Numbered from the stretch's first letter, positions 50,651 to 63,913 are shown. The stretch is DNA of 64,000 nt from Octopus vulgaris (GCA_951406725.2 OX597815.1:74462001-74526000), one strand, 5' to 3'. Program-made: numbers and translations. The notes: generated from the letters alone by a model not told the origin.

Positions 50651-51877
50651 TTGGGTCATCCCATAAATAATGCAGTTTTTTGCAATTGCATGAACTAAAA
50701 GTTGGAGGGGGATGGGATAAACTACGTGCATCAACTTGGTATAAAAGCAGGTTGTAATTTTACCTTGTACTTATTCTTACTGCAAGTTTTGAAGAGTGCA
50801 GTTCGATTTAAACAGTTATTTTTTCAAAGTTATAATGGAAGTGACAAGGAGCATATTTGGCATATTTTGCAGCAATGCAATGGAAAGTGCGAGGAATATC
50901 AACGTAGTATATGGGGACTGGACAATTAGTGTAAGCCAGTGTCAACAATGGTTCCAGAAATTTCGAGCCGGAAAGTACAGCCTAGAAGATGAGCCTTGTC
51001 CTGGAAGGTCTGTAGAGCTTGACGTCCTGCAAACCCTGTTGGAACAAAATCCCATCGTAACTGTTGAGGAACTAACACAGAAGCTTGAATTTGATCATTT
51101 AACCATTTATTGACACCTGCATGCTCTGGGAAAAGTCAGTAAATTGGGTCAATGGGTTCCTCACAAACTTTCTGAGTCTAATCACATGCAGAGAGTGAAA
51201 GTGTGCTCTTCTTTGCGGTCACATCTCATGAATGAACATTTTGGGACCAAATAGTGACTGGTGACAAGAAATAGGTTCTCTATAAAAAGGTCAAGTGCCA
51301 AAGACAGTGGGTAGGGAAAGAAAAAAGCACTGGCACCCCAGGCTAAAGAAGGTTTTCACCAATGTCAGTTATTGTTATCTGTTTGGTGGGATATGAAAGG
51401 TTTAGTCCACTTTGAATTTTTCAACCCAAACGATAACAAAGGAAATCTACTGCAAGTAGCTTGAGCAACTTCAGTCAGCAATAGAAGAAAAACGACCATC
51501 TTTGGTTTCAAGACGAAAGGTGTTCTGCCATTAGGACTATGCTCGGCCACATACAACGAGGATGACATTCCAAAGGCTGGAGCAGTTCGAATGGGAAATG
51601 ATGCCCCACCCACTATATTTGCCGGACACTGCCCCATCTGATTATCATTTATTCTGCAGTCTTCAAAATCATTTGGACAGAAAAAAATATGAATTCTCTA
51701 GACTAGGTCAGAACAGTACTGGAGGAATATTTTTTTTGTCATGGACAAGTGAATTTTGGAAGAGGGGCCTTGCAAGTCTACCAGCTAAATGGAAGAGCAT
51801 TGTAGAAAATGAAGGAGAGTATATTTTAGATTATAAAAGAAGTATATAAATACCGCATTGTTTATGGGATGACCCAA
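50651..51877 (+). mobile_element. Near full-length mariner (DD34D) transposon, inactive
   Basis: TA-flanked TIRs TTGGGTCATCCCATAAA / TTTATGGGATGACCCAA; 1227 bp. HTH remnant WFQKFRAG..SLEDEP, WVPH, and PHPLYLPDTAPSDYHLF; multiple stops. Confidence 0.95.
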
Positions 51878-51901
51878 TATAATATGAAATAGTCTACTAA
51901 C

Positions 51902-51986
51902 CCCTCATCTGTTTCATTGATGATATCACAGGCGTCCAGGAATAGAGTCCAGTTTTCGGATGCCTGGGAGCCATCACTAGCTTTTT
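51902..51986 (-). CDS. TOM1: TOM1/TOM1L2-family gene, probable coding exon 2 (VHS domain N-terminal part)
   Basis: Minus strand ttttattacag|AA AAA GCT...GAT GAG GG|gttagt. 85 nt, phase 1 to phase 2. Encodes (E)[28 protein letters not shown], matching TOM1 [29 protein letters not shown]. Too short for the ORF track; found by manual reading. Confidence 0.95.
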
Positions 51987-52439
51987 CTGTAATAAAAGAA
52001 AAACATGGATTATTTTACTAATTTGTTATACTGTGATTAGTTATAATTAATAAAGCCTATAAACACACTTATTGGTTGTTGTTTGTCTATATTTCATTTG
52101 AGCATGTTTATAAGCTTTATTAGTTATGAATTTTACATATTATTAAACATAACAAAATTAGTTCCAACAAAATTCAAAATTATTGCAGATTATGAAGAAT
52201 TTGCTGAAATTTAATTAAGCAGTAATAAAAGTCATTAAAATCAGAATGAAGCATTAGTTTACCACCATACATACTTACATATAAGCTGATATAAAATGTA
52301 ATCTACATTTACACAAGACTGTAACCTTAAATAAAAAATCTTTAGATCAAGGTTTCTACCCAAAATGATATCGAAACAGTTTTATGTGTTTTTCTTTCCT
52401 GCATTACATTTCTCTTAGCTCTTGCTCTTCATATCTTTT

Positions 52440-52845
52440 ATCTTTTACTTTTTCTAATTATTGGACTGTGGCTCTATGGAGGCAACACCTTGAAGGATTT
52501 AGTCAAAAAATGGACCTCAGTACTTATTTTTTAAATCTGGTACTTATTCTATTAGTCTTTTATTGCTGAACTGCTAAGTTACAGGGAAGGGGGTGGTAAT
52601 AAACACAAACAAAGCAACACCAGTTGTCAAGCAAGCAGTGGTGGGGACAAACTCAATCAGAAAACCACACACACAGATGACGGCAATGGTCTTCCACAGT
52701 TTCCATCAACCAAATTCACTTACAAAGACATCAGTTGATACAGGCCCACAGTAGAAAACACTTGCCCAAGATATCACGCAGTAGGATTGAATCCAAAACC
52801 ATTTGGGTGCAAAGTAAGCTTCTTAACCACACAGCCATACCTGCA
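52440..52845 (-). mobile_element. SINE family A, tail type 2
   Basis: Reverse-complement copy, head-to-head with 53209-53660. Confidence 0.85.
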
Positions 52846-53208
52846 CTAACATCTTGAAAGCTGTTAATCACATTATAAAGAATAATCTACTAGTAATACT
52901 TACTCAAGCTTTCTAATACATGTCTAACAGTTTTGTTATTTGAGTGCCTAAAATGCTCCACCTTCTAGATTTTTAATCCGTATCTTTAGAAAGTTAATTC
53001 AAAGCCATAACAGTAATTATTTACCTTCTAATTAATATCCCAATCAGTAAATCCTGTCACATGCCATTTATGTGCACTTTTTTAATCAGTAGAAATTCAA
53101 TGACCACCTTATGAGGCAAGACAAATTTAAAAGCAAAAAAAAAAATTGCAGTTACTTTCTTCATTCTGTAAAATGATTTTTCTTTTTCTTTTTGTAAACA
53201 TAACATAA

Positions 53209-53386
53209 GCACAGGCATGGCTGCATGGTAAGAAGATTACTTCCCAACCACATGGTTCTGGGTTCAGTCCCACTGTGTGACACTTTGGGCAAGTGTCTTC
53301 TGTTATAGCCCCAGGCTGACCAAGACTTTGTGAGTGGATTTGGTAGACAGAAACTGAAAGAACCCCGTCATACACACACACATATA

Positions 53387-53427
<41 letters not shown>

Positions 53428-53660
53428 AAATATGTACATCTATGTGTATGTGTCTTTGTGTCTGTGATTGTCTCTCCCTCATCACCACTTGACAACCAGT
53501 GTTTATGTCCCTGTAACTTAGTGGTTCAGCAAAAGACTCCGACAGAATAAGTACTAGGCTTAAGAGATAAGTTCTGAGGCTGATTCGCTTGACTAAAACC
53601 CTTCAAGGTAATGCTCCAGCATGGTCACAGCCAAATGACTGAAACGAGTATAAGAAAAAA
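53209..53660 (+). mobile_element. tRNA-headed SINE family A, tail type 2
   Basis: A-box-like TGGCTGCATGG, B-box-like GGTTCAGTCCC, body TTGGGCAAGTGTCTTC...GTGAGTGGATTTGGTAGAC, central (TA)n/(TG)n, tail GAATAAGTACT...TGACTGAAAC, A-rich end. Confidence 0.88.
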
Positions 53661-56450
53661 AAAAAAGAAAATCACATCCACCTTTCTTTCTAATATCTAC
53701 TGTTAAATATTTTCCCAAAGCTTCCATGAGGTGGGGAGCCGGCAGAATCATTAACCAGTTGAACAAAATGCTTAGCGGCATTTCTTCCTAGTTTTTATGT
53801 GCCGAGTTCATCTCTTCAGGGTAAATAAAATAAAGTACCAATCAAGTACTGGGTTCAATGAAAATAACATACCAGTCAGTCAGTCAAGTACTGGAATTGA
53901 TAAAATGAAATATGAGTCAAGTAATGACTTGACATCTTGCCCCAAACCTTACAACAGATCCGGCATCCTGTTCAGAGGAATGTTGTGATTATACTTATAC
54001 AGCATCAAAACTAGACAATTGGACTTATGAGTCCTAGGGCTCAAGGATATATAAAAAAAAAAGGACGCTATCAATGTACATTTGGGAAGTTGAGGCTAGA
54101 AGCATCAAACTTTAACAATTTTATATTTTAACATTTTGGCTATTGTTTACTATGACTATCAAAAACCAAAGTATAGTTGATTCCTCATAATTGCAAAAAT
54201 GTGATTAACTGGGTAACTTTTTAAACATTGAGCCATTTAGTACCAAGTCTACATAGAACTGACCAGTTAATCGCATATGTAAATAAAATAAGTTTCAATT
54301 AGTTGTAGGGCAGCTGTCTTTTATTACAGATCCTAGCCAAAGCCTTGTGAGTTGATTTGATAAGCAGAAAGTGAAAGAAGAAGTCATATAAATATATATA
54401 TATATAATTATTATTGTTATAGTTGTTGACAGTGACTTTGAAGTTTCGGCCAAAACTCTGAAGTAAAGTAAAAAGTTAAAGTTACCTTCTTGAGTCATGC
54501 TAATACATAAGGGCCGGTTTCCATGGTTTATAAATTCCCTACCTGGATGGGACACTGGCCCAGTGCAGGCTTATCCATTTTTACCAGCTAAGTGGACTGG
54601 AGTAATGTGAAATGAAGTGTTTCGCTCAAGAACACAATGTGTCACCAAGTCCAGGAATTGAAACCACAATCCTACAATCATGAGTCCAACACCTTAACCA
54701 CTAAACCATGTACTTCCACAAAATTCTGAAGTCACAGTCAATAATATTCTTGTTTAAGAGTGATTAATTTGTAATCAACAAAGGTATAAAGTAATCTATC
54801 AGATTAATATAAAAATTGTTTTTATTATTATTCACACACACACACATGATATGTGTTTACCCTTATCTGGACATTACATGATGATTATAAATGAACTTTA
54901 TCATCATACAAGTTTCCAGTCTTCCATGAAAAACATCATCTTGATTGGAAACAGGTGAGGGTTGGCAACAGGAAGGGCATCTAGCTCTAGAAAATCTGTT
55001 GCAACAAATTCCATCTGCTCCATGCAAGCATGGAAAAGTGGATGTAAAATGATGATGATGAAAGAAAAAAAACTGGTCAAATCTACATTTTGGGACATGT
55101 CAAACAATTATAATGCTGATACACATAAATAAAATTGAAAATTTGATTTGATATGCCTCTGGAATCTTCTGTTTTTATGATGAATTTAAATGATAAATAA
55201 CCAATACTTTTACACACATAATGTTAGATAAAAAAAATTCAAAATTAATCTTACCATTTCAATTAATAACTACTAAAATTTAGATCCTGGTATATTTTTA
55301 TTTTATTTTTGAGTAATAAATTTCTCTCTTAATTAAATATTCATTGTAGAAAACATTTGTAAAAAAAAACAGGTTTAAATGGATGCTATCTTATTGCTTT
55401 CATTATCAACTGAAATTAGCCTGTGATTGACCCAGTAAATTTATCCTTATGATTGTAATTCATCATTGATTAATTTAGTGTATAAAAGCCATTGTTAGAA
55501 TTTATGAATCAAAGTAATTGAAAAATATCAAAACAAATTAAAAAACAAAGCAAAAAAAACAGGATAAGCTAAACAGTTATGATGCTTCTACATCTTTACT
55601 TGCTTCAGTCATTGGACTACGAACATGCTGCAGAACTAACTTAAGTCTGGCATTTATTCTATTGGACTCTTATGTCAAATCTATGTTACTGGGATTAAAC
55701 AAACCATGCCAGTTGTCAAACAGGGAGGTGGGGGCCAAACACAAACCCATGAAAGATGGATCCTATACAGCTTCCATCTACCAAATTCATTCACAAAGCA
55801 TTGGACAGCCCAGGGCTATCGTAGAAAACACTTGGCCAAGGTGCTGTGCAGTGGGACTGAAACCAAAACCACATGGTAGTAAAGTGAGCTTCTTAATTAC
55901 ATAGCCATACCTGTGCCTATCAATATACACATATGAATAAATATACATATAAACTGACATGAGTGAGGAACAGAATAAAATAATGTATACACCATTATTT
56001 TTGTGAGAGAATAAAGAATAAAATAACATGGTAAATGCTGTTGAAATATGAATCTGTTTTAGCTTGAGACAACTGAAGAACATCAAAAGGAATAAGTCCA
56101 ACAATTGACAAAGTATTTTGGCTGGTGCAGAACACAATTAATTTATGTGTACGTAAAAATGTACTGCAAAAATAGGTTTTTCTGCAATCAATGTCATAAT
56201 GTTTTATCATTTGGAATATATTAAAATTTGGTTATTTATTGCCAACTTTGAGAATTCAGTTAATTGTATATAATTACAATCAGTCAAGCTCTGCAATTAA
56301 ACAGAGTTGACTATAAATTAAAGTGAAACTAGCAGCTTGCCTATTCTTGTAATAGAATTGAACAAGAGCCAACATGCAAGCCTTTAAGTGGCCTCATGAC
56401 TTACTTGAAATATCAGCCAAATCTCCCTAAAGCACACCAAAAAGTTTTAA

Positions 56451-56669
56451 CCTTTTAGCGTTCAGATTACTCAGTCAAATATAAAGCTTATTTATTCATC
56501 TTATTTTGATTTAATCTACATTATCTCATAGCTTTGAGATTTTGATGATGATATTGTTTATATGTAGAATGACATTGCAGGATAGGTGTGAGAGACCATA
56601 TCTGGCTGGTTTGAACATAAAATGGGAAGAATATTTTGGATGGATATGACTTGTTTAAATGTTAAAGGA
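56451..56669. mobile_element. piggyBac-type MITE, family 1
   Basis: TTAA|CCTTTTAGCGTT ... AATGTTAAAGGA|TTAA; same interior as 50129-50341. A partial third copy lies at about 31670-31842. Confidence 0.75.
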
Positions 56670-56914
56670 TTAAATAAGGGGGACAGTAGATATCCCTACA
56701 TATCCCTAAAATGGATAGTATGGTTCCAACTGGAATGCCTTTGAACATAGTTCTGCTTGATCAAAGTTCAATTATTAAACTCTTTGTGGTAGAAATAGCT
56801 ATATTTCCCTAAAATCACACCAACCAACTTATAAAAAGGAGGATACATTAGACAATGTAGTCCTACATATATGACAGGATGGTCATGGCTGGAACACTGT
56901 TATCAGAGATTCAT

Positions 56915-57490
56915 CATTATCATCATCATTTAGCATCCACTTTCCATGTTGGCATGGGTTAGATGGTTTGATTGGAAGTAGTAAATCAGAGAGCTGCACC
57001 AAGTTCCAGTCTGATTTGGCATGATCTCTATGGCTGGATACCCTTCCTAATGCCAACCACTCTGAGAGTGTAACAGCCATCATTATGATTTCATAGGTGC
57101 CATTTACATGACACTGGCAATAGCCATTTCTATAATTTCACTTGGCAAGTTTTCTCAAGCACAACATATTGCTATGGTCTTAGTCACTTGTTATCGCCTC
57201 TGTGAGGCCCAACATTAAAAGATCATGCTTCACCATCTCGTCCCTTGCTTCCATGAGGCTTAATGCTCAAAGATCATGCTACTGCCAATAGCCACAATTA
57301 CAATTTCACAGGTGCCGTTTATATGACATCAGCAACGGCCATGACTACGATTTCATGACCATGTGGTTTCAGTGTAGCACCTCGGGCATCTTCTGTTTAT
57401 AGTCTTCTCAAGTGCAGCATATCCCCAAAGGTCTCTATCACTAGTCATTGCCTCTGTGAGGCCCAACATTCAAAGATCATGCTTCAAAGA
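56915..57490 (-). mobile_element. RTE LINE 3' end
   Basis: Reverse complement of the 14370-14920 region, including the duplicated ORF-end segments and the (CAT)n tail. Confidence 0.85.
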
Positions 57491-58009
57491 TTACTTAAAG
57501 ATTAATAACTACAGAGTTTAAATACATGATCCCCTTTTTAAAGACTAAGGAGAAAGCTCCCCTGCTGACTTACAGTATGAAGTCAATATGCCCGCAATGA
57601 AAGCATATTCACTAAGGACTAAAATACTAATCAGCAGGTTCTATGTAACATCTTTGCACAGAGTTTACCATTACTAAACAGCTACTGCAGAACTTCAGGT
57701 TAAAATTTGCCCTTAAATACAGACATGATTTGTGGTTAAGAAGTGAACCTCTTGACCATGTGGTTTCAGTGTAGCACCTTGGGCATCTTCTGTTTATAAC
57801 CTCAGGCTGACTAATATCTGGTGAGGGAATCTGATGACAGAAACTGCAGGAAGCTGATCATTCATGTATGTATGTATATATGACATTCCACACTTTCCAC
57901 CAGCTGAGCAGAACAGTGGTGATGACATTTTTTACTTATTGACAATATTACCAGTCACTCTGTGTTTTCAAAGACTTCTGGAATAGAAAAAATCCCTTAC
58001 TAGAAAATA

Positions 58010-58779
58010 GGGGGCTAATGCAGTTTCGCACCTCTCCTTGAAAAATGCATTAAAAAAAAAATTTTCCTATTCCTACGTTTTAGATGTCAGAGATTACAAA
58101 TATGCAAAAAATAAAAAAAATTTACACCCCACCCAAATAAAATTTTGAAAATTTTTGAAATTTTTTTCCCATTGTTTTAGATGATGGAAGAAACCATGTT
58201 TCAAAATTTTTAATTCAATAAGCATATAGATATGTGTACAAAAAGATAGATAGATATGTCTTCCTGGGGCTAAAAACAACCGTAATACTATCTTCTATAG
58301 AACTGCCACATTTAGTTGACAAATATATTTTATGAATAAACAGACATAAATAGATAGGCAGATAAATAAATAAATGGATGAAAATGTTCAAAATTTAAAA
58401 TTGGGGGAGGGGTGAAATTTGAGCCTCTTATCAAACTTTATAACATTAATTATTAAACAATGATTGTTTCTCATAAAATGGAGTATATTTAATTTACATT
58501 AAATTATTATTTACACAAGTAAAACGCAAATTCTTTTCACTTTAATGTTTTTGCCTAGATTTAATTTCGATTTGCATTTGTTTGTCAATTTGCTATGATC
58601 TCTTTAAAGTAAACAAAATCAAAAATTTAAATTGGGGTCTCGGGTGGAAGAGGTGGAATTAAAAAATAATTTTTTGTTTTGCATATTCATAATCTTTGGC
58701 ATCTAAAATGGAGGAATACAAAAAAAGCTTTTTAAAAAATGCATTTTTCAAGGAGAGGTGCGAAACTGCATTAGCCCCC
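58010..58779. mobile_element. Non-autonomous TIR DNA transposon, superfamily unassigned
   Basis: Perfect 42-bp TIR GGGGGCTAATGCAGTTTCGCACCTCTCCTTGAAAAATGCATT, imperfect inverted similarity to about 125 bp, flanked by AAAATA on both sides; interrupts an old SINE. Confidence 0.92.
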
Positions 58780-60119
58780 AAAATAGATAAGGGTCAGTGA
58801 CAAGAAGAGTAACTGGTTGTAAAATCCTACTTCAAAATAATTCCTTACTCAGACTCATGCTAGCATAGAAAAGTAAAGCTAAAAATGAATGATGACATCA
58901 TGCCTGTGTAGTGTTCAAACGTTTTGTACTTCCATAGTGTATTTGATTAGCAGGAGTGGTGTCTGTAACAAATTGTCATAATGTAGAACGTTAACTAATG
59001 AGTAACTTAATTACATCTTTCATTACACAGTATGACACAACAGTTGTGCCTATGTAAAGATACACATTAGTTCTTGATTCATATGATTTCACTGATTTGG
59101 GTTAAGTAATGAGATTGGTAACTAGAGCATTTCAACTTAGTGTTTTCTCAGATTTTTTTCATGTCAACAAAACCTGTTTACTAAAACTAAATATGTATGG
59201 CTATGAGTCTGTTTATATCAATCAATCAGGTGACCCCTTTTTTTTTAAATGCAGTCCAAGATGTCTGTATGTATAACAGTAACACTCAGATGTGGAAGTA
59301 GTACACCACTGTGCATTTCTCATGAACTTTGTGGTGAGTTAGGCATTACTGGTGGCTGAAGTATATCCTGGTTCTGAACAGGAAGGCTAATGGTTGCTAT
59401 GATGAGGATGCATGTTCAGCAAGAGAGGTCTTCAGTGATAGTGAGGCTTGGCATTTGTAGCAAACTGGATGGTTCTAGTGATGTGCAGTTTGTGTTTAGT
59501 TGAAGGGCTATGAGACCATTTTCTTGATATGTGTACAGCCTCTGTGCTGCTCATAACAATAAGATTGGTATGATTCTATTAGAGGGTGCTTTGACAAAGA
59601 CTAAATACATCATTAATAAGAAAATAAAAAAATTAATCAGTATAGAAGTTTGAAAAAAAAAAGTTAACAGATGAAAGTAATTTGGGCTGTTTTAAAACAA
59701 ATAATGATATTAAAAGACACAATTGATGATAACATTAACCGAAGAGAGACAATTTATTTTAACACAGTCTGGAGTTTCAAAAAATCAGATATCTGAACCA
59801 ATATTATACAGTATTTTACCTGAAACTAATTTTATACATAATAATGTTTCTAAAAGATAAAAAATTTAGAATGCCAAAACATTGGCTAGATATATCTATA
59901 AGTTATGTATATACATGTAGTCGAATAAATTATGTAAAAATGGGTAGGGTAGTAGAGAAATGTACAAACAAAATGGGAAAATTACAATACATATATGAGA
60001 GTTTATTCAAAGCCAATGCTTTACTATTTCATCACTTCAAATTTCCTGTTACTATTGTGTATCTCATGTGAAGAAGTGATAATATTGGAACAGTGATGGA
60101 ATTAAATTACCCCCAACTA

Positions 60120-60485
60120 TATGGTTTCATATTCAATTCCAGAGTGTGGCACCATGGGCAAGACTCTTGTACTATTGCCCCAGGTTGACATAAAGCCTTG
60201 TAAGTGTAAAGAAGTTTGCTATATGTGTGTATGTAAGTATACATGTGTGTTTGTATTTCCTTGTCTTGACATCGCGTGAAAGTTGTGAATGAGTACTACC
60301 ATCATACAGGCAATACTATTCCTTTCTAATATTCTGAGAAGACATGTCTGGCTATGCAAAAATAATACCTTGCTTACAAACAGGTGAGAGTTAGCAACAG
60401 GAAGGGCATCTGGTTATAGAAAATCTGCCTCAATAAACTCCCTGTAAGCCAGTTCAAACATAAATAAACGTTAAAACAACAATGA
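60120..60485 (+). mobile_element. SINE family A, tail type 1
   Basis: Plus copy; a 3' part also lies at about 54835-55060. Confidence 0.8.
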
Positions 60486-61679
60486 TGATAATAACAATGA
60501 GATATTTATAGTAGTGTTATAGTCTTCTATATTATTATAGTCATTGTTTTGCAATATATCATTGTTTATTCCTTCTTATTTGGGACACTTCTCTAATGTC
60601 AAAGTAGTAATAAAACACACTGTCCACACTGAACAGTGATGATGATGAATTCTGGGTGGAGTTTTATCTTATCCATAAAGAATATCTATCTAAACCTATT
60701 ATTATTATAGGTAAATATGTGTGCATGCATAAATAAAAAGCAATGTCAACTTAACTGGGCCATTGCATTCTTATAAAAATTGCTTCATATAGTGTTTCAA
60801 GTGAACCAGGATCCACATCTTACTTATGCATTCCATTTCTGGCATGGTTTCTAGGGTCAGGTAGTAAAGGCACATGGTCAAGGGAACTAAGGGGTTGAAC
60901 TCATGATCATAAGGTTGTGATTTCAATCCTCAGACTGGATGGTGTATTGTATTCTTGAACAAAACATTTAATTTCACACTGCTCCTGTCCACTCGACTGA
61001 ATGTAACCCTGTGATGGCCTGGTGAAGCATTCAGTGGGAATGATGTGATCTCAGTTGATGGAAACTGGGTAACTGGCCCCTAAGAGTTTTAAGAATTGAG
61101 ATGGTACTTTTTTTTTCTACTATGGTTGGATGGCCATCCTACAACCAAATATTTTATACAATGTACTGGATTATAGTAGCATCAGAATAGATAAGTTTAT
61201 CATGTGATGAGAACTAGAGTATCCCTTACTCAGTATCAGTCCTTACATTCATCTAAACTAGTTTGTAGCACCCCCAGCTACCATCCAGCTACATTAAGGT
61301 TCCTAAGCACTCCTTTTCTTATTGAATCTAGATTCAAATCTTAAGTTAGCTCTATACAGCAATATATGCCTTAGATATATGAAACCCAACATTTCAAAAT
61401 TTATTACATATTTCCATTAGCTTATGGCATATTTTCAGACAACATGCATACTTGACTAACAGTTTCTTAGGAGATTTTTCTGAGCTCAAGGCATGATTCA
61501 AGTTGAAGTTGCACACACATACATACACAACAACACTCACTTACACAAACACAGCACAATACATGCATAAAAACAGATCATACTTAATTTTTCCTACAAC
61601 TACAAATCTTCTCTGTTCAGGATTCCCAGATAAACAGCATCAAAATTGCAATTGGTGCATTCAACAGACATTTGTTAGA

Positions 61680-62085
61680 CTTCATCATCATCATGGATTT
61701 TTAATGTCCACTTTTCCCATGCTTACATAAGTCAGAAGGAGTTTGTTGAAGCAGATTTTCTACAGCTAGGTGCTCTTCCTGTCATCAACCCTCACCTATT
61801 TCCAAGCAAGGTAACATTTCCCCATGGTCAGACATGAATTTTATGGAAGATTAGAAACAAACAATATCAATTTTATGAAAGCAATGTTCATTTAGAATCA
61901 TCATGAGATGTCAAGATGAGGGTACACGCAAACACGCACATACATGGGCTTCTTTCAATTTCCATCTTCCAAATCCCCTTACAAGGCTTTGATTGGCCTA
62001 GGGTCACAGTAGAAAACACTTGCCTATGGTTCCATGCAGTAGGACTGAAACTGAGACCACATGGCTAGAAAGCAAGGTTCTCCCA
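61680..62085 (-). mobile_element. SINE family A, tail type 1
   Basis: Full minus copy, tail-to-tail with 60120-60485. Confidence 0.85.
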
Positions 62086-62589
62086 CTACACATTCACACA
62101 TTTGCCCACAAACAAATGTAGTATTACTTAAAAATCTCTTTCATACTATACATCTGCCTCCAAACTGAAAACAAATTAGGTGGCTAAAGTATTATAAACT
62201 ACATTCAGAAAACGACCAGAGAAAGCTATGTTGCATTAATAATAGAATAAGTCTACGTCATGAACTAACACAGAATTTTTGATAATTTATTTGGCAAATT
62301 TACATCAGTAATGAATATTGGCTTTCATAATGAACATTATCGGTTAATAAAGGAGATTCTTTTTTGAATAGAAACAATTATCACAAGCATTTGTTTATTG
62401 GATATATGTTTTACTATTTGCAATAGCATAAAACAATATATATACATATTTCATGTTATTATACACATGCACTAATATACATTTAAATATGTATATAAAT
62501 GAGAGAGAAGTAACTATAACCTGTGGGAATACCCTCCCCATCTGCATTTTTCTTATAGGTATTGATGTACTGATGTTCAATAAGAAAAC

Positions 62590-63130
62590 CAATTCCATTA
62601 ATCTTATCAGTTCTAGCGCCTTATTGAACCTTAGGGTACATTAGAGTTGACAGAATAAGGGTTGTTAGTGTAAGCTTTAGTGGAGTGATTTTGAAAAGAA
62701 ACATATGGAGTGCATAGGCCAATAATTTTACTAGAAGGTTCTCATGCCAGATATGGTCAAAGGCTTTGTTTAATGTCAAGTGCAATGATATTGCTTTTAC
62801 TGGGATTTTCAAAGATGAGTATTTACTGATTCAAGACAAACAGGAGAGCAAGGTTTACAGTGAATGTGAATGGTCATTACTGAGGAATGCATGGAGAAAG
62901 GTAGTGAGAGAGAGACTGAAATGATAATGAAAGATTCTGCTGATGACTTTGAGATGAGGTGAGGACTGTAGGTTCACAACAGACAGGATGAGAGACCCTA
63001 TGAGAATGGGACATACAATTGTAGGTTTCCATAGAACACTATATAGAAAGAAAGATTGAAGAGTTTGGCAAGGAATAGAAATAAGTGCTGGACTGTATAC
63101 TTTTAGTAGAAAAATTGGGCTTCATCTTAT
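62590..63130 (-). mobile_element. Decayed CR1/L2-like LINE RT fragment
   Basis: LNKAFDHIWHENLLVKLLAY (LDxxKAFDxVWH motif) and a degraded VPQGS-like motif near 62625-62640. Confidence 0.65.
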
Positions 63131-63802
63131 TACTGTAATTCTTCAGGTAAGATATACACAAACTGCCATACAGAAAGAACACCATACCAAATACAGTAAG
63201 GGATTTTGTGGCCTTACTCAGGAAGGGTTTTCAAGCCAATCAAAATATTATATAATTAAAAATATTGTTAAAATTAGCAACAATTGCATAAGAAATGCTG
63301 GCAATATAATTGGAAGCTCTGAAGATTAGTGAGAACAACATCGAAGAAACCTAATGTAATTACAAATTAAGAAAAGGTCTCCCTTTAAAACCCTTTTGAT
63401 ATCACCCTGTCTGAGACTATCCCTTATTTTATGATACAAACTACCTGTTTCAAAGTGATTTAAATTAAAACTTTATGCTAATTTATGTTTCAAACTCCAT
63501 ATTGGTAATGCCAAAATTATTTTGCTAAATTCTTTGTTATTTTAAAATATAAGTTGATATAATATAATGTCTAAAAGTTGATGAACCACCTATTGATCCC
63601 CTCCATTTTCTCATTGCTCTCTTATTGCTTAGTTGGTTGGATTCACAACCTCTTTCTTGGAATTAAAATATAATTTAAATTTTGAATTTTATATATTTTG
63701 TATATTATATTAATTAATTTTATTTCTATGTATTGGCTTATGTTTTCACTGTTTGATTTGCCTAATAGTGGTTTTATCTCTAATTTAATATATGGAATTA
63801 AA

Positions 63803-63815
63803 ATATATATATGTA

Positions 63816-63913
<98 letters not shown>
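63803..63913. repeat. Compound microsatellite (CA)n(TA)n(CA)n in a family-A SINE cut by the window end
   Basis: Read directly; SINE body follows at 63915-64000 on the minus strand. Confidence 0.9.

Noticed and set aside
53209-53285. tRNA genes at SINE heads
   Set aside because: A/B-box-like motifs are present, but there is no complete cloverleaf and the sequence continues into multi-copy SINE bodies.
59255-59333. Exon-like plus-strand segment (polyT-ATGCAG ... GTG|GTGAGT)
   Set aside because: No recognisable protein and no compatible partner exons; splice-like signals are expected by chance in 64 kb.
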